Assembly (NCBI GenBank): GCA_963733195.1
Contig: CAVTCR010000012.1
Location: 1-64,000, forward strand
DNA: 64,000 nt
DNA from: an uncultured delta proteobacterium
GTDB lineage: Bacteria; Desulfobacterota; Binatia; Bin18
Direction: 5' to 3'
The position numbers were made by a program, and so were the translations under genes. Within the stretch, counting starts at the first letter, position 1; every line of letters starts with the position of its first letter. Of this stretch, positions 62,884 to 64,000 are shown one piece after another. The notes under the pieces were generated by a model that was given only the letters and a program-made list of their open reading frames with translations, ran no database searches and was not told the DNA's origin.

Positions 62884-64000
62884 TTATCCGTACAATACCC
62901 AGGTATCTTTACTTCCTCCCCCTTGAGAGGAGTTCACAACTAGAGAGCCTTTCTTGAGTGCAACACGAGTCAGACCGCCGGGAAGTACATAAATGTCAGA
63001 GCCATACAAAATGTACGGTCGCAAATCGACATGCCGCCCTTCAAAATGATCATCAACGATCACCGGCACCCGTGATAAGGATAAGGTCGGTTGCGCGATG
63101 TAGTTGCGTGGATTGGCCCGAATGCGTTCTGCAAACTGTTCACGCTCGGCAGCAGTCGCATGTGGACCGACCAACATTCCGTATCCACCTGATTCGTTGG
63201 CAGCTTTGACGACGAGTTGGTCAAGGTGATCAAGGACATAGGCACGTTCTTTCTCATCCCAGCAGACATAGGTGGGGACATTGGGAATGATACTGTCTTC
63301 ACCGAGATAGTATTTGATGATCTTCGGGACATAGGCATACATGACTTTGTCATCGACAATGCCTGTGCCCGGTGCATTTGCCAACGCGATTCGTCCGGCT
63401 TTGTAGACATCCATCAACCCAGGAACGCCTAAGGACGAATCAGGCCGGAAGGTCAGCGGATCAAGAAAATCATCGTCGATACGCCGATAGAGGACATCAA
63501 CCTGCTTGAGCCCTCTCGTCGTGCGCATTTGGACCAGACCGTCAGCAACAACGAGGTCTCGTCCTTCGACCAGTTCCACTCCCATCTGTTGGGCCAAAAA
63601 CGAGTGCTCGAAGTAGGCCGAGTTGTATGTCCCAGGAGTAAGACACCGCCACGGTCGGGGATTGGATATACTCAGCCGCAAGCGCTTGGAGCATAGCTAA
63701 GAGATGACCAGGATAATCATCAACTGGCCGGACACGGGACTCTCCGAAGACTTGCGGAAACGTCCGCTTGAGAATCTGGCGACTTTCCAAGACATAAGAA
63801 ACTCCAGACGGACAGCGCAGGTTGTCTTCCAGCACATACATTTGTCCGTTACGGTCACGAACCAGGTCCGTACCAGTGATATGACACCACACGCCGCGAG
63901 GCGGGTTGAGCCCAACGCACGCCTGACGAAACGATCGCGCTGAATAGACGATCTCTTCAGGGATGATCTTATCTTTGAGCAGTTTCTGCTCATGATACAT
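62884..64000 (-). CDS. Circularly permuted type 2 ATP-grasp protein (partial, frameshift near 63650)
   Basis: [63 protein letters not shown]. Confidence 0.93.

Overview
The window joins two unrelated DNAs at about position 7230 and has many single-base frameshifts, consistent with an error-prone long-read or metagenomic consensus. Positions 1-7230 are very GC-rich and actinobacterial-like. They carry a Fur C-terminus and a type IV pilus cluster (pilC, hypothetical, pilO, pilN, pilM, pilT, divergent major pilin) with sigma28/WhiG-like promoters. Positions 7230-64000 have moderate GC and come from a diderm bacterium (Binatia/deltaproteobacteria-like by inference). This part holds four blocks. 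(1) A thiolase/DUF35 pair, a degraded RelA/SpoT-domain gene, and PHP and MaoC genes. (2) A roughly 25 kb hopanoid-tailoring and export region (TolC, HpnM, HpnN, HpnK, HpnI, HpnJ, ArnT-like GT, ICMT-like). It is interleaved with 2-aminoethylphosphonate-type genes (split phosphonopyruvate decarboxylase-like pair, PhnW-like aminotransferase, cytidylyltransferase) and interrupted by TA modules and an RND pump. (3) A sigma54-driven nitrogen island: porin-PII, amtB, GAF kinase and NtrC-like regulator, nitrate-type ABC transporter plus porin, bfr, nirBD, and an atypical NarI-like/Nas/FeS/Rieske module followed by cobA. (4) menG/ubiE and an Anbu, alpha-E, CP-ATP-grasp operon. The strongest candidates for undescribed biology are a putative phosphonate-decorated hopanoid or envelope pathway, a putative membrane-coupled assimilatory nitrate reductase complex, recurrent inverted 7-/8-mer tandem-repeat cassettes at gene junctions, and strand-specific C-depleted tracts. 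All product calls come from motif recognition by eye; no database searches were run.
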